Shown here piece by piece: positions 47,472-58,785 of a stretch of 64,000 bases of DNA. This DNA comes from Schizochytrium sp. TIO01. Its lineage: Eukaryota; Protista; Bigyra: Labyrinthulomycetes. Location: contig SMSO01000032.1 in NCBI GenBank assembly GCA_004764695.1, positions 3,256,483 to 3,320,482 on the forward strand. The letters run 5' to 3'. Position numbers and translations under genes: made by a program. Below the pieces are notes generated by a model. That model did not search any database. It was not told the origin of the DNA and worked only from the letters and a program-made list of their open reading frames with translations. The number at the start of each line of letters is the position of its first letter. Positions within the stretch are counted from its first letter, which is position 1.

Positions 47472-49136
47472 ATGCTGACATCCGTGCGATCGCGGGCACC
47501 CTTGGCTCCATTCGGGGCTCGACTCCTTTCGGGTTCCTGGTCCTCAACGCCTCCGGCTGTGTGCGTGTTCAGCAGCCTGGAGCTAGCTGTTCGCGATGAT
47601 GGAAACGCGGCTTCATCAACCTCAGCGGTGAACAAGTTTGGCGAAGTTGCAGCGGAGTTTTGTTTCTCTCACGGCTTCCCCGCGCGGTCTGCCGAGGCCC
47701 TCAGTAGGTCTGGCCAAGTTACCTGCGGCTCTGCTGAGGCGCTGTGGGCTCTCGCCAGTCTTTTTGAGCGCAAACAGTGGCGCGAGTCAAAAATTGCGAT
47801 GCACGAACCAATGATGGCTTTGCAGAATCTAGACGACGAGATCGTTCTGAAAAGATGTGAGAGCTCGCAGGTTTTAGTAGACGCAGTGCAAACTATTTAT
47901 CACGATCAAAACATGAATGCTGCTGCGGACATCTTTGAGCAGGGCCTGCTCATGAACCCTTATAACATTGTCGCGCTCAGGAGTCTCCAGGAAATCTACT
48001 TGAGACAAGGCCAACCTCAAGAAGCGCTGGCATGTGTTGAACGTACGCTTTCGGAATGGATTCCAACCATGCCAAGCTACCCCGCGTTGCAAGGACTTCA
48101 TGCAAACGCGCTCTTTGAGTGCGGTTACATGGGAGAGGGAGAACGAATTGCAGGACAGGCACTTGCACAGGAACCTCTGCATGGAGTTGCGGCCGTGGCC
48201 ACAGGCTATGGATTTCTCAAGTCTTTTAGGTTTCGCGAATGTGTGCGTCTTGCACGTGAGCTTGACTACATCTATGAAGAAAACGTTCAGGCAAGCTCGG
48301 CAGTCAGCGGTGAGTTCTACTATATGCAGGGCCTCGCGTCGCTGGAGTGTGCCAAGCTGCGGCCTGCCATTCAACATTGCGATACTATATTGACCATGGA
48401 CAATGTCTGGCCTGAGAGCTGGCCTCTTGCCGCCATGCTCTTATGGCAGTCTACTCTTCTTGGCGCTACTGACGAATGGATTCGCAGCCTTGACAAAAGC
48501 AACCCTACGTTTGACTTGCGTAACTTTTTCAGCTCATCAAGCGGACCGCGTGAAGCCTCGCTCAGTATTTCTGATCGCTTTCGAACTCTTGCAAGCCACC
48601 CAATTGTGACACAGTCCTCTCCTGAAACAGCATCCTCTGACCCGTTCCTGCATCTACTCAAGGTCATCATCGCTCTTGGAGCTCGCGACCCAACTCGAGC
48701 CATTCAACTGACCCATATGTGCGAGGACCCCGTTTTGCTCACCATTTGTGAAGGTTTCACTGCCCGCGAAGCTGGAAACTTTGAGGAAGCTGTGGGTCAC
48801 TTTCGTCGTACTCGCAAGTCTTGGTCACGCATCACTGGCCGTGAGACAGACACAAATGTCATTGCGGCAACTTACGCCGAATGTGTTCTTCGTGCTGCTG
48901 GACTCGATGTAGTATCTGAGAATCCTTTGGAACAGATCGTTCAGCCAGAGCCTTCGATGGCACTTCGTGAGGCACGCGCATTTACTAGTCAGCTTACCAT
49001 GCGTAACCCTAATAGTCCTCTCGCATGGAGCATGTTTTCTCGGGCTGCGTCGGCCTTGGGATCTGACGAGACAGCTAGGCAAGCTCGCGTTCGTGCTCAG
49101 GAACTGGGTTACCGCCAGGGAGGCTCTTTTCACTAA
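47472..49136 (+). CDS. TPR/alpha-solenoid protein, TTC38-like, with possible mitochondrial presequence
   Basis: First ATG at 47472. Helical repeats such as FEQGLLMNPYNIVAL...YLRQGQ and GLHANALFECGYMGEGERIAGQALAQEP resemble TTC38. N-terminus is Arg/Ser/Leu-rich and lacks acidic residues. Confidence 0.6.
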   Translation: MLTSVRSRAPLAPFGARLLSGSWSSTPPAVCVFSSLELAVRDDGNAASSTSAVNKFGEVAAEFCFSHGFPARSAEALSRSGQVTCGSAEALWALASLFERKQWRESKIAMHEPMMALQNLDDEIVLKRCESSQVLVDAVQTIYHDQNMNAAADIFEQGLLMNPYNIVALRSLQEIYLRQGQPQEALACVERTLSEWIPTMPSYPALQGLHANALFECGYMGEGERIAGQALAQEPLHGVAAVATGYGFLKSFRFRECVRLARELDYIYEENVQASSAVSGEFYYMQGLASLECAKLRPAIQHCDTILTMDNVWPESWPLAAMLLWQSTLLGATDEWIRSLDKSNPTFDLRNFFSSSSGPREASLSISDRFRTLASHPIVTQSSPETASSDPFLHLLKVIIALGARDPTRAIQLTHMCEDPVLLTICEGFTAREAGNFEEAVGHFRRTRKSWSRITGRETDTNVIAATYAECVLRAAGLDVVSENPLEQIVQPEPSMALREARAFTSQLTMRNPNSPLAWSMFSRAASALGSDETARQARVRAQELGYRQGGSFH

Positions 49137-49445
49137 GGATTTAAATACCTATACTGTCCTGGTGCATAACCGCATACTGCATATCTACGACATGGAGAAT
49201 GCAATCATAAGTTGAGGACAGTGGATGTCTCATCCTTACTTGCGCTATCGCCAAGAGCTGTTCCTTGTTTGTCATCACATCTTCAATTAGATTATGATTT
49301 AATTTTATAGATACTCAAAAAAATTAAAGATACAAAAGCAAATTTCTTAATTTACAATGATTTTAAGTTTTAGGACAGTCCTTCTTTTTCGTGGTGATCA
49401 GCTGTATGCTTGAAGTTGCGCCTTGGTAAACATGTTACACTATGT

Positions 49446-51506
49446 TTAGTATGGCAACGAAGTTTTGGTTTTGTAAGGTGGTGCTTGAGATACTGCTTGA
49501 GCATAAATACTTGCGCCCGCGGGAGATAAACCAAGCTCGGGTGGCAATGCATCTATTCCTCCAGCAACTCGAACCTGCCGAAGATGAGTCTGCGAACGAA
49601 CATCAGTCAGACGTTGGTCGAGCTCAGCGATGTCTTTCCAAAGGGCCAGCTCATGTTGATCAATTTGCTCAAAAGACGGGGTGATAGTTTGAGGTTTTCT
49701 GGTTGCATTTCTAGGTACTCCTTTTGGCGGAATATTACGATCAGCGGAATTCGCGATCCCATTATGAACAGTTGTAGTTGTAGTTGTAGTTCTACAACCC
49801 AGGATTCCTTGTTGAGATCTCTCCTGACTTGTGGAGGATGTTGGACCCCAAATATCTTCTTCCTCTAGCCTCATGTGGTCAACCGGAGTAACAATGCCGC
49901 GAAGCACAACTGGACGCACAGCTGCCTGTGCTGCCCCATGTAGAGAAATAGCTTCTTTGTTCCGTTGATTCTGCTGCTGCTGGGACAAATTTTGGGGCTC
50001 ATAGCGATTATCGTCAGCCAAATAGGATGCAGAGGGTGGAAGAAACTGCTCAGGAGGTTGTTCTGTGCGCATACGGGCTGTTGTTGTAGCTTCAGTTTGA
50101 TTGTTATTCACGCCATAGTCAAATTCAAAGTCGGCAATATTATCGTGATCTGGTGAAGCAAAATCATTCCGAATATTTTGTACATAATTTTCACTCTCAC
50201 CCCGACCGCCAACTGTTAGAGCAGTCTTGATGTGATTTTGAGATCTGTAATTCTGACTGTTTTGATTACTCTCCAAATCCGCTCTAGGCGCAACCAGTTT
50301 GCGAAACCTATTCTTATTAGCGCCTGTCCGTGCATTAGGTGACGTGGCTATTTGATGCCCAAGAGTACTCTGTACCTGAAAAGCGGGACGGTGTGTTCGA
50401 CTCGAAGGAGAACCAATAAATCTTGGATGGCCCTTTGAAGGGGACCCTCGAGTCTGTTGTAGTTGATTCTCCGCTCGAAGCTGTCTCCATGCTGCCATAG
50501 AAACAGCAGAATTATCGACATATGTATGTGTTTGTATTGCTGGAAGCGCAGGGGTCTTAGGAGAAGTAATTGGCTTACGTGTCCGAGTTGGACTTGTGGC
50601 TGGAGTTCGTTGAGAACGTTTTGGCGAAAACTGTGTTCGTGTTGTACTTGGAGTTTGCGCAGAGGTACTCCCTGTGCTACCTTCACGTGTTTTTGGAGTG
50701 CGAAATTTAGGTATGAGGGAAGGCTTGTTGGATTTTTTCTTTGCACTAACTGTTTTGGGAGCCTTCGGTTGGTCTTTTGATGTTAATGCAAGAGCTGGTA
50801 GGGTTGAGTGAGGATCCCTAACACCCCCTTCTGTTGTTCTTGGAGCCACCACTGGCATGTAAATTTTGCCCGTCTGGAGAAACTCTTGCAAACCTGCTGC
50901 AGCTCTTCGAACTTGCGGGTTTGCATCTTGAAGTATATCTCTGATGAGTTGGTCAACGTTGCGCACCCCGCGCAACTCAGGATTGCTCACCAAGCAGTCT
51001 TGCACCACAAAAAGTGCTGTTTCTCGCATGAGTGGATTTGCGTGATGTAAAAATCGCTCTAGCTGCATAAGAACCTCCTTTGAAGAACATTTAGAGCAAA
51101 ATGATTCCAGTGCAGTCCGGGCATGTTGCCGAATAAACGCGCTTGTGTTGTCGCTTGCCCTCTTCATAAGTGCTGGGATGAGAAGACCTGTCAAAGGAAC
51201 GTTCAGATCAGGACCAAGTCTAACGAACAGCTCTGACAGTGTCTGCGCTGCCCTTTTTGAAAGGGCTGACCGCAGTGATCCCACACAACGTACTGCCCAT
51301 CCTAGTAGGGTTTTGTAGAGCCCTGCATCGAGTGCAAGAATTTGTGGCTCAAAAATAGCCAATCTCTGTAGTTGTTGCAAGCCCGTACTTTGCTGTTCCC
51401 AGTCATCCGTGTTCCGCAAAAACCCCACACATGACCGCGCTAATCTCAATAACGATTCTTCATCAGCAGCCTCTCCCGTAAAGGGTTGCAGTTCCGACTC
51501 ATCCAT
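49446..51506 (-). CDS. TOG/CLASP-N domain microtubule-associated protein (TOGARAM/FAM179-like) with long disordered tail
   Basis: DDWEQQSTGLQQLQRL, VGSLRSALSKRA, TSAFIRQHARTAL, HANPLMR and DANPQVRRAA are TOG HEAT-repeat loop motifs. First ATG at 51506. Basic Ser/Pro/Thr-rich tail contains SLIP. Confidence 0.8.
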   Translation of the reverse strand: MDESELQPFTGEAADEESLLRLARSCVGFLRNTDDWEQQSTGLQQLQRLAIFEPQILALDAGLYKTLLGWAVRCVGSLRSALSKRAAQTLSELFVRLGPDLNVPLTGLLIPALMKRASDNTSAFIRQHARTALESFCSKCSSKEVLMQLERFLHHANPLMRETALFVVQDCLVSNPELRGVRNVDQLIRDILQDANPQVRRAAAGLQEFLQTGKIYMPVVAPRTTEGGVRDPHSTLPALALTSKDQPKAPKTVSAKKKSNKPSLIPKFRTPKTREGSTGSTSAQTPSTTRTQFSPKRSQRTPATSPTRTRKPITSPKTPALPAIQTHTYVDNSAVSMAAWRQLRAENQLQQTRGSPSKGHPRFIGSPSSRTHRPAFQVQSTLGHQIATSPNARTGANKNRFRKLVAPRADLESNQNSQNYRSQNHIKTALTVGGRGESENYVQNIRNDFASPDHDNIADFEFDYGVNNNQTEATTTARMRTEQPPEQFLPPSASYLADDNRYEPQNLSQQQQNQRNKEAISLHGAAQAAVRPVVLRGIVTPVDHMRLEEEDIWGPTSSTSQERSQQGILGCRTTTTTTTVHNGIANSADRNIPPKGVPRNATRKPQTITPSFEQIDQHELALWKDIAELDQRLTDVRSQTHLRQVRVAGGIDALPPELGLSPAGASIYAQAVSQAPPYKTKTSLPY

Positions 51507-52274
51507 CGAGGTCTCCCCAAGACTGGACGAGTGCAATCACGGGTCTTCGTTTAAAGTACTGACGCCAGCTGTTCGCCCCATGCAGAAGCCAACGTGCTTT
51601 TGATTAGCTTCTTCTTTGCGTCAATCAGCTTGGCATTGTCAGAGTCCGCCCGCAAAAGCGCGAGAGCTTCTGGTTTGGTGGAATGCAATAACTCCATATG
51701 TACGTTGAGAACATCCTTATTTCTCTGTTTGTTTTTTCTGAATAAAAATTTACAAATAAAATATAAGAATAATAAGAAATGCCAAGGTCACTTGAAATAA
51801 TTTTTAATCTCTTTCTTTTTTAAATTGCGCAGAATCTGATACAGAATACGCACTTGAGCTTCCTTCCTGTATAGTCCATATTCTTATTCTGGCCATTTAT
51901 GTAAATAGATGCGAAGTAAGAACCTGAAGCCCCTTTCTACACAATGCATCAGCACAACAGCACAAAATAACAGCCGTAAATCAAATCCATCCCAGAATCC
52001 CAATTTGAAGAATACCGAAGTGCTTGAAAAAAGGATAAAAAGTTAATAAATAATGGAACTATGGCTACATTACCTAATAGGTAGAGAAAAAGAACATGAT
52101 AAGAACGTCGATCAAGAAAGAGAACGAATTCGTGGTGGAGGTCTTTCTTAAATCAAACCATCAATTCACTTGTTGGAATCCGCTCAAGACGCGGTGAAGT
52201 CGTTGCAGACCCCACATCAGCTCGCAGTAGATCCTCTCTCCTGATAACCAGGTCTCCAAAAGTTTTTTACAACC

Positions 52275-53627
52275 ATGGTTTGGGGGCAGCAGAGACGCGG
52301 TGTGGATGATCTTGTGGCCAAGCTCCGGGCCAACGAGACTGGTCCTGCTCTCCTGGTCATGAGTACTCGCTCTGTAGACGATGCCGGGCTCAAGTCCCTT
52401 GCCGAGGCCCTCGCAGATAACAATTCTTTGCAAGAACTTCTGTGCTCGGGCCACAGCGTCTCCGAAGACGCAGCTCGCAGCATTGGAGCTGCTTTGCGTA
52501 AGAACCGTACGCTTAAGCGACTCTCTGTGGGATGCCAGAAATTTGGCGATTCCGAGCTTCTCGCAATGCTCGAGTCATGGGATAACTCCACCCTCGAAGC
52601 GATTGATCTCGAGCTTAAGAGTTTGTCTCCTGCGGGTATGGCTGCTCTTGGAACCGTTCTTGGGTCTTCCTCCCATGGTCTTCAAGATATTCGTGTTGGG
52701 CGCAACTCTCTTGGCGACGACGGTATTCGCGAACTCGCATCTGGAATTCGTGATGGCCCTGTGTTCTTGAAGAACCTAGAGCTCAACTCGAGTGGAGTTG
52801 GTGTTGAAGGCTGCAAAGCTCTCGGCGAGGCGCTCAGGAAGTCCTCAGCAAAGGAGGGTGCTCTGAGACTTGTTCTCAGTGACAACCCGGCGGTAGGAGA
52901 TTTGGGCGTCATTGCGCTTGTTGGTAGCCAGGACGACGTCGAAGATCTTGCTGAAGAGCTTTCAGGCATTCTTCCGAGCGTTGAGGAGCTTCACATGGAT
53001 GGCTGCGGTGTTGGAGCGGCTGGATTTGCATCTATTTGCACATCGACAAAGGACCAGACCTCAAGATTTCACGCCATGAAAACTCTTGCTCTTGGACGCA
53101 ACGAGATTGATAGCATCGATAATGAGGCTGCTCTTGCATGTGTTCAACAGCTTGAGGATGTTGACCTCCGGTCCAACAAGATTGGTCTTGATGGATTCCG
53201 CACATTTGCCAGCGCACTGAAGGCCGCGAGTTCCCCACGCTTGCAGACTCTGAACTTAACGAGCATTGGAATTACAATGGAGCCTGTTGGAAATGATGAT
53301 TTTAAGACCGCCGTTGAAGATGCTCTTGCCGGTAAGACCCTCAAGGAGCTGCGGCTTATGGGTAACGCATTGGGTGACGAGGGCGTGGCCATTATCTTGG
53401 AGGCGCTCCGCCATGACGATACTTTAGAGACTCTCGGCCTGGGTGGCGTGAACCTTACTCGGGCTGGTGCTGAGGCCCTTGCAGAACCTCTCAAGGATAA
53501 CAAGGGCCTTCGCACTCTTGAACTCGGTGGAAACGATCTCGGTGACGGTAACACCCTTGTTGAGATCTTGCAAGCAGCTAAGCCTAATCTGATTGTTGCT
53601 CTTGATGGTCAAAAGCAAAATGCATAA
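52275..53627 (+). CDS. Ribonuclease-inhibitor-type LRR protein (NLRC3-LRR-like, no NACHT)
   Basis: Repeats of LxxLxLxxNxLGDxG type (LQDIRVGRNSLGDDG, LKELRLMGNALGDEG, LRTLELGGNDLGD). Confidence 0.85.
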   Translation: MVWGQQRRGVDDLVAKLRANETGPALLVMSTRSVDDAGLKSLAEALADNNSLQELLCSGHSVSEDAARSIGAALRKNRTLKRLSVGCQKFGDSELLAMLESWDNSTLEAIDLELKSLSPAGMAALGTVLGSSSHGLQDIRVGRNSLGDDGIRELASGIRDGPVFLKNLELNSSGVGVEGCKALGEALRKSSAKEGALRLVLSDNPAVGDLGVIALVGSQDDVEDLAEELSGILPSVEELHMDGCGVGAAGFASICTSTKDQTSRFHAMKTLALGRNEIDSIDNEAALACVQQLEDVDLRSNKIGLDGFRTFASALKAASSPRLQTLNLTSIGITMEPVGNDDFKTAVEDALAGKTLKELRLMGNALGDEGVAIILEALRHDDTLETLGLGGVNLTRAGAEALAEPLKDNKGLRTLELGGNDLGDGNTLVEILQAAKPNLIVALDGQKQNA

Positions 53628-54489
53628 GGAGTTGAGACGATGCTGATCTTCAACGTTCTCACTATCAGCCATCTTTTATTCAGGAAGAATATTGTCTCCA
53701 TTGACTATTTCTGGTTCAAAGTAGTCTTTTCGTGACTTTTTCTTGCACATCGTCGTAATCAATCAACGCGCTCTCCCGTTCCTTTACTAAGAAACGCGCT
53801 CACCAGCTCTATATACATTTCTCACCAAAGGGGCTTTGTTTCTGCGATATGAAATATCATGCTTATACCTTCTCACTGCTCCGTTTCATACTTTTACTAT
53901 TTTCCTAGAGAGGTGTCCCGCCCCCTCCTACATTGTGTTATTAATGGGTATGTAACCAACGCTGAACTGTGGTAAATGCTCTGATATCGTCAAGTATAAC
54001 TCGTTTAAAAACTGCTTCTACTTCTTTTACTTTAACAGAACATCTCAAATATTATTTTCGACTTTTGAACTGTTATATTTATTGAATCCTTAAGTTGCAC
54101 TGCATATTTATGCTTCCTTACGTTTTGTGTTTAATAGGAAAAAAGCAAAAACCAGAAACAGCTGATTGCAGTGCTGCGATACTTCCCTAGATTTTTACAA
54201 TTCTCTTTCCTGAAAGCTTGCACACCTTTCCAGACAAGGACAAATTAGCGATACAAATTACGTTCTACTGGGTTCGAACATTCTTCGTTTCCGATACTTC
54301 ATCTGCACAATTTATTCATTATCTACACATCGTATCATATGGAACTGGCCCCAATATCTGATGTGGTCGAAGCTACGGGCACTATCGAGATACTGAACTT
54401 GCCGAATTCACCCAAGTTTTTGCCACTGCTTGCTTGTGCAAACCATGGCAGCCGAAATTCAGTAATTCAACTAGGAAGGGAGGAAATTT

Positions 54490-56814
54490 TTACTGCTGGG
54501 AGGAAAGAACCGAGTGTTTGAGACGTTCAATCTCATCGCGCTTAATTGCTGCATCGCGCTCAGCGCGCACCTCTTGCTCGTGCATGCGTTGTTGCTCCTG
54601 AACAGCACGCTTCTCTGCATCCTTTTTCTCCTTTTCAGGATCACGCGCTTCCATGATAATCTCACCACCGGCCTTGACACCAAAATCCACAATAGCCATC
54701 CCATCTTCATCGAGCGCAACAGGGTGACCAAAGTCTTTGCCAGTCTCACGGTAGAAAAGCTGTTGCAAGTCCACATCAACCTGAAATAGACGCTGGCATA
54801 GGAGCTTGAGCTCTTTGACAGTCATCGATAACGGCAAGCGCTTGTTTACAGGAGGGGCAGTACAGGTTCGTGGATCAAAGCTGCTAATCTTGATCTTGGC
54901 ACTGTTGGATGCAAGTGAGCCATCAGCCTCTTGGGCAGCCTTTGCTCGACGTGCAGCTTCGGTGGGGTCACCATGTTCAGCCACAAGTTCTTCATAGCGG
55001 GGGTGTTCCTTCAGCTTTGCAGCCTTTTCAGTTTCAGATAGCGAGGTCAAAGATACTGCAACACGCTTGAGGTAGAGCCGCTCAGCATCCGAACGCTCAC
55101 GAGTAGAGACCTCAGAGCCGTTGAGACGAATAAGACCCTTGACACGAGCGATTGTGTTTTGGCGAGCAGCTCCCGCATTACCTGCAGAGGTAATGATGGG
55201 AGAACCCTGAAGGCGGACCTCCTTGATAGATGGAAACTCGTTCAAGGTGTCAATACTAGCCCAGTCATTGACACGCGTGCGGCACAGAAGAACCGTCTCG
55301 AGTTTTGAGAACGGTTGAGATCCTCCCATTGTTCCATTGCCTTGGAACAAACGAGCTGCCGTATAGCGTGCACGCTCACGTTTCTCGACCATCGGGATAA
55401 CCATACCGTTGCTCATGACAATGTCGAGTTCCTGGACAAATCGTGGGCCTTTAGGAGCACAGTTCTCGCAATCTTCATCCTTGCGTTCAGCATCTCCACC
55501 ATCATTAGAGGCCGGCGAGGCCTCGCCCTCGGTCTGTGAGCTACAGCACGAGGTCTCCACATTGACATCGTTAGCCTGCTGAGCAGGACTTTCACTATCA
55601 GGACCACTAGACATTTCTTTGAAGTTCTCAGCGGCCTCGAGTCGGGCCTGTTGCATTTCATTTTCCTTCGCAGGAGAGCACGGGGATTTAGAGGCGCCTT
55701 TGCCAATCGCGGCAGCTTCAGCTTGGCTGGTGATGACGTTAATTTGAGGGGGGGCGTCAAAAAAGATTGTCTCAATAGGGTTGTCACTTGCATTGATAGT
55801 CTGCAGAGAAGGTAAACGTGCAAGACGCCAGACCTCTGACCACGTGGTGAGTTTGTTTCTTGATATGTCAATCTTGCGAAGGTTTGCAAAGCCCTTGGCG
55901 AAGGACTCTGGGGTGAAACCCTTTCTGTCAACCTCCTTGATCTGCTCCTGAGCCCATTCTGCATAAGATCCTTTTTTGTGTGCGACGTCTTTAGACTTGA
56001 GGCTACCGATAGGATCAAGTGAATCTAGATCGTTGTCGCCCAGAACGAGCTCTTCGAGCATTGGGAGGAGACCTTCCTCATCGAGACGTTGGACTTGAGA
56101 AAAGGTTGTTCCGGTGCGATTGAGAACCAAGACACGCAGAGAGTGGAAGGGGACCTTCAGCGATGCTGGCAGAGATTCGAGTGGGTTAATAGGGAGTCCG
56201 GCCTTCAGGTTGTTGCGAGCGAGAGAAAGGTGCTCGAGTTCCTCGAGCTGCATTGCGATGTTACCCACAGTGCTCCAGGACTCGATCAAGTTATCAGATA
56301 AATCGAGCTCCTTGATCAGCGGGCAGTGCTCTTTGATCCAGCCTTGCTCGCCTGCAGAAACTACGACGCACGATGCAAGAGAAACCTCACGGAGTTTGTG
56401 GATCTTTTGTTTGCCACGAATCATGTCCATGCCAACAGCCTCAATTTCAACGATGTCGCCGTTGCGACGACGGGGTCCCCCCTCGCCCTCAATTGACGAT
56501 CCACCAACCTCAATGTCATGATCTGGCTCGTAACGAGTCATAAGAGCATCTTGAAATGGCACGCCTACACGAAGAAACTGAGGTTTGACAAAGGAGCCTT
56601 GGCCATCCTTACATTGAAAGTAGCGAGTTTCCTCACCTGTCGCTTTGTCTTTCACGGATCCATCGTGTTTGCCACGTCCGGGTGCATCCCACGTGACACC
56701 AATCCAGACGGTCTCCTTCTTCTTCGCAGTAGCCACAGGACCAATGTATTCCACAATTCCACGAAACCCCTCTTCGTCCACCACAACGTCGCCAACCTTG
56801 AAGCTATCTGCCAT
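54490..56814 (-). CDS. TBCE: Tubulin-specific chaperone E (CAP-Gly + LRR + ubiquitin-like domain)
   Basis: CAP-Gly GIVEYIGPV...WIGVTWDAPGRGKHDGSV...GSFVK; IEAVGMD; LDLSDNLIESW; LNGSEVSTRERSDAERLYLK; HPRYEELVAEHG; UBL KRLPLSMTVKELKLLCQRLF. First ATG at 56814. Confidence 0.92.
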   Translation of the reverse strand: MADSFKVGDVVVDEEGFRGIVEYIGPVATAKKKETVWIGVTWDAPGRGKHDGSVKDKATGEETRYFQCKDGQGSFVKPQFLRVGVPFQDALMTRYEPDHDIEVGGSSIEGEGGPRRRNGDIVEIEAVGMDMIRGKQKIHKLREVSLASCVVVSAGEQGWIKEHCPLIKELDLSDNLIESWSTVGNIAMQLEELEHLSLARNNLKAGLPINPLESLPASLKVPFHSLRVLVLNRTGTTFSQVQRLDEEGLLPMLEELVLGDNDLDSLDPIGSLKSKDVAHKKGSYAEWAQEQIKEVDRKGFTPESFAKGFANLRKIDISRNKLTTWSEVWRLARLPSLQTINASDNPIETIFFDAPPQINVITSQAEAAAIGKGASKSPCSPAKENEMQQARLEAAENFKEMSSGPDSESPAQQANDVNVETSCCSSQTEGEASPASNDGGDAERKDEDCENCAPKGPRFVQELDIVMSNGMVIPMVEKRERARYTAARLFQGNGTMGGSQPFSKLETVLLCRTRVNDWASIDTLNEFPSIKEVRLQGSPIITSAGNAGAARQNTIARVKGLIRLNGSEVSTRERSDAERLYLKRVAVSLTSLSETEKAAKLKEHPRYEELVAEHGDPTEAARRAKAAQEADGSLASNSAKIKISSFDPRTCTAPPVNKRLPLSMTVKELKLLCQRLFQVDVDLQQLFYRETGKDFGHPVALDEDGMAIVDFGVKAGGEIIMEARDPEKEKKDAEKRAVQEQQRMHEQEVRAERDAAIKRDEIERLKHSVLSSQQ

Positions 56815-58785
56815 TTTTGCAGCTACGAATCCCGCCGAATTATGACTAACTGAGATGTTATTGTTATTGCACAACTTTTCAATGATCTACGGAGCCTCGA
56901 AACCTAGAAAACTAAGCACCGACAGTTCCAAACTCGATCGCAGCAGCGAGGTTTATCGCTCCAACAGTGCAGTGCCGAGCTTCTTGCTAACCGCGGCCGT
57001 GGACAATAAACCTCCGCTGGAGACGTCGCAATAGGTGTTCTTTTGTCTACAGAGAAACCGAAGCTCGACCGAGCTAGAGGTCTTAACGGACGCGAGCTCG
57101 TAAGGCAGAGACGACCGGCGTTTAGCTCGATCGGGATATGCTTGCTCTTGGTGAACGAGCTTGAGTCCTTCTCTCTTTCATTCATTCATTTATTCCGAGT
57201 CATTCCTTATTTCCAAAGTGAAACTAAAATTTTATTTCTAAAAATTAGAAACAACGCTCCAAAAGAAAGGTGAGAAAGCAGAGGAACTTTTATTTTATTT
57301 GTTAAAACGATTTTCACAAAAGCAACTTGAACAACAACAAAAGAGGAATAATGTTTTTTTTTTCCAGTTTTTTTAAAAAGTTGAACGCTAGGGAACGCAC
57401 TAGGCGTTTATAGGGGAAATGGGATGGCACGAGAACGACCGTTGAACATTCGAAATCGCAAAAGAATGGAAGCAGGCAAGTTCGAGAACGAAAGAGAGAT
57501 TCTCGCGAGATCAGTCCGAGCAAAGTGCAGCGAATGTGAGCACAGCAGACAAAATAAAAAGCACGAGATGCCTTGATAAAAACGTTGTTCGTGAAAATTG
57601 GAGGTCGATTTTTGCAGTTAATTTACATTTGCGATGGGCAGGAAAGGAAGGTTCTTCTCGGCGAAATGAGATGCTTTTGACGCAGTATGGAATATGTGCG
57701 ACGCTTGGTATAGTTGTGGGAAATGCTGGTGATCTACTTCACAATGTGTGTGGGTTTTCATGCACATACGTAGTGATCCGTTGCATAGGTTATGATTATT
57801 GATGGATGATCCATTGCTTGTCTTCTCTTTGAGAAAGCCCACATCACCATGGCATCTAGTTTTGGTGAATGGGAATACCGAGAAGTTTGCGTCTAGGTTC
57901 TCGAAAGTCAACTTGTTCGAGGAGGGTGTTCGCGGTTTGATCCATGAACCTTGCTAACATTTTGAGTGCACAATATATGGAATGGGAATCCAATGTTTCT
58001 CGACACGTTTCGAGGATACATCAAATAAATCGTTTTTTTTTTTCAGGCACATCATACTTCCCAGCTGTTAAAATTGCCAGTTCACAGACAAATTAATAGA
58101 GGATAAGGACCATGGAATAAATATCACCAATGTATAAATAAAATTTCACAAAAATGGGAGATAGGGGCTTAATCATTATGTATGTGTGAATGAAGACGAG
58201 AAGATTGCAAACTCTAGTATAGATCACTGTCAGAAAGACCTTTCTTGAATATTAGGGAGAGGTAGATGGGGAGAGAGCGGAAGAGAGATCAGAACTCTAG
58301 ACTTAGCCATAAACTGTGTACCCAGTATTTTTTTTGAAAAGGTACATCGCATTCACCCCATAGATGATAAAGGGTTACCCACCCGGTGGCACCAAAAATG
58401 TGCTCATTCTGGATTGGGACAAAAATAAATTTTAGTATCCATCATGAAGAAGAAGAGGCGGCGGATAATCTGGAGCATACATAACCTTGAGTCCAGCAGG
58501 CTCCATGACTGCAGCACGCTTTGAGACCTGTTGATCCATTCAGCACTGTCTCAAGAATACAATTGCTATAGCACTTTTTCCATCGAAGCCGAACTCACAA
58601 TTACCGCACCATGTAGATTAACCAGCAACCAAAAAATCAAACAAGACCATGGCCGCGAGAAGAAACATAAATCGCATATTATCATATCCTATGGACACAA
58701 TAAGGACAAACCAAGACGAATCTAAATATTAAGCTTTGCCAAGGCTGGAAAATTCGCGTGGCTGGGTTTCCTAACTTGGCTATAT

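Noticed and set aside
52275-53627. Possible NLR immune receptor partnering the LRR-NEL gene
   Set aside because: LRR only, with no NACHT/NB-ARC P-loop; it sits ~43 kb away among housekeeping genes.
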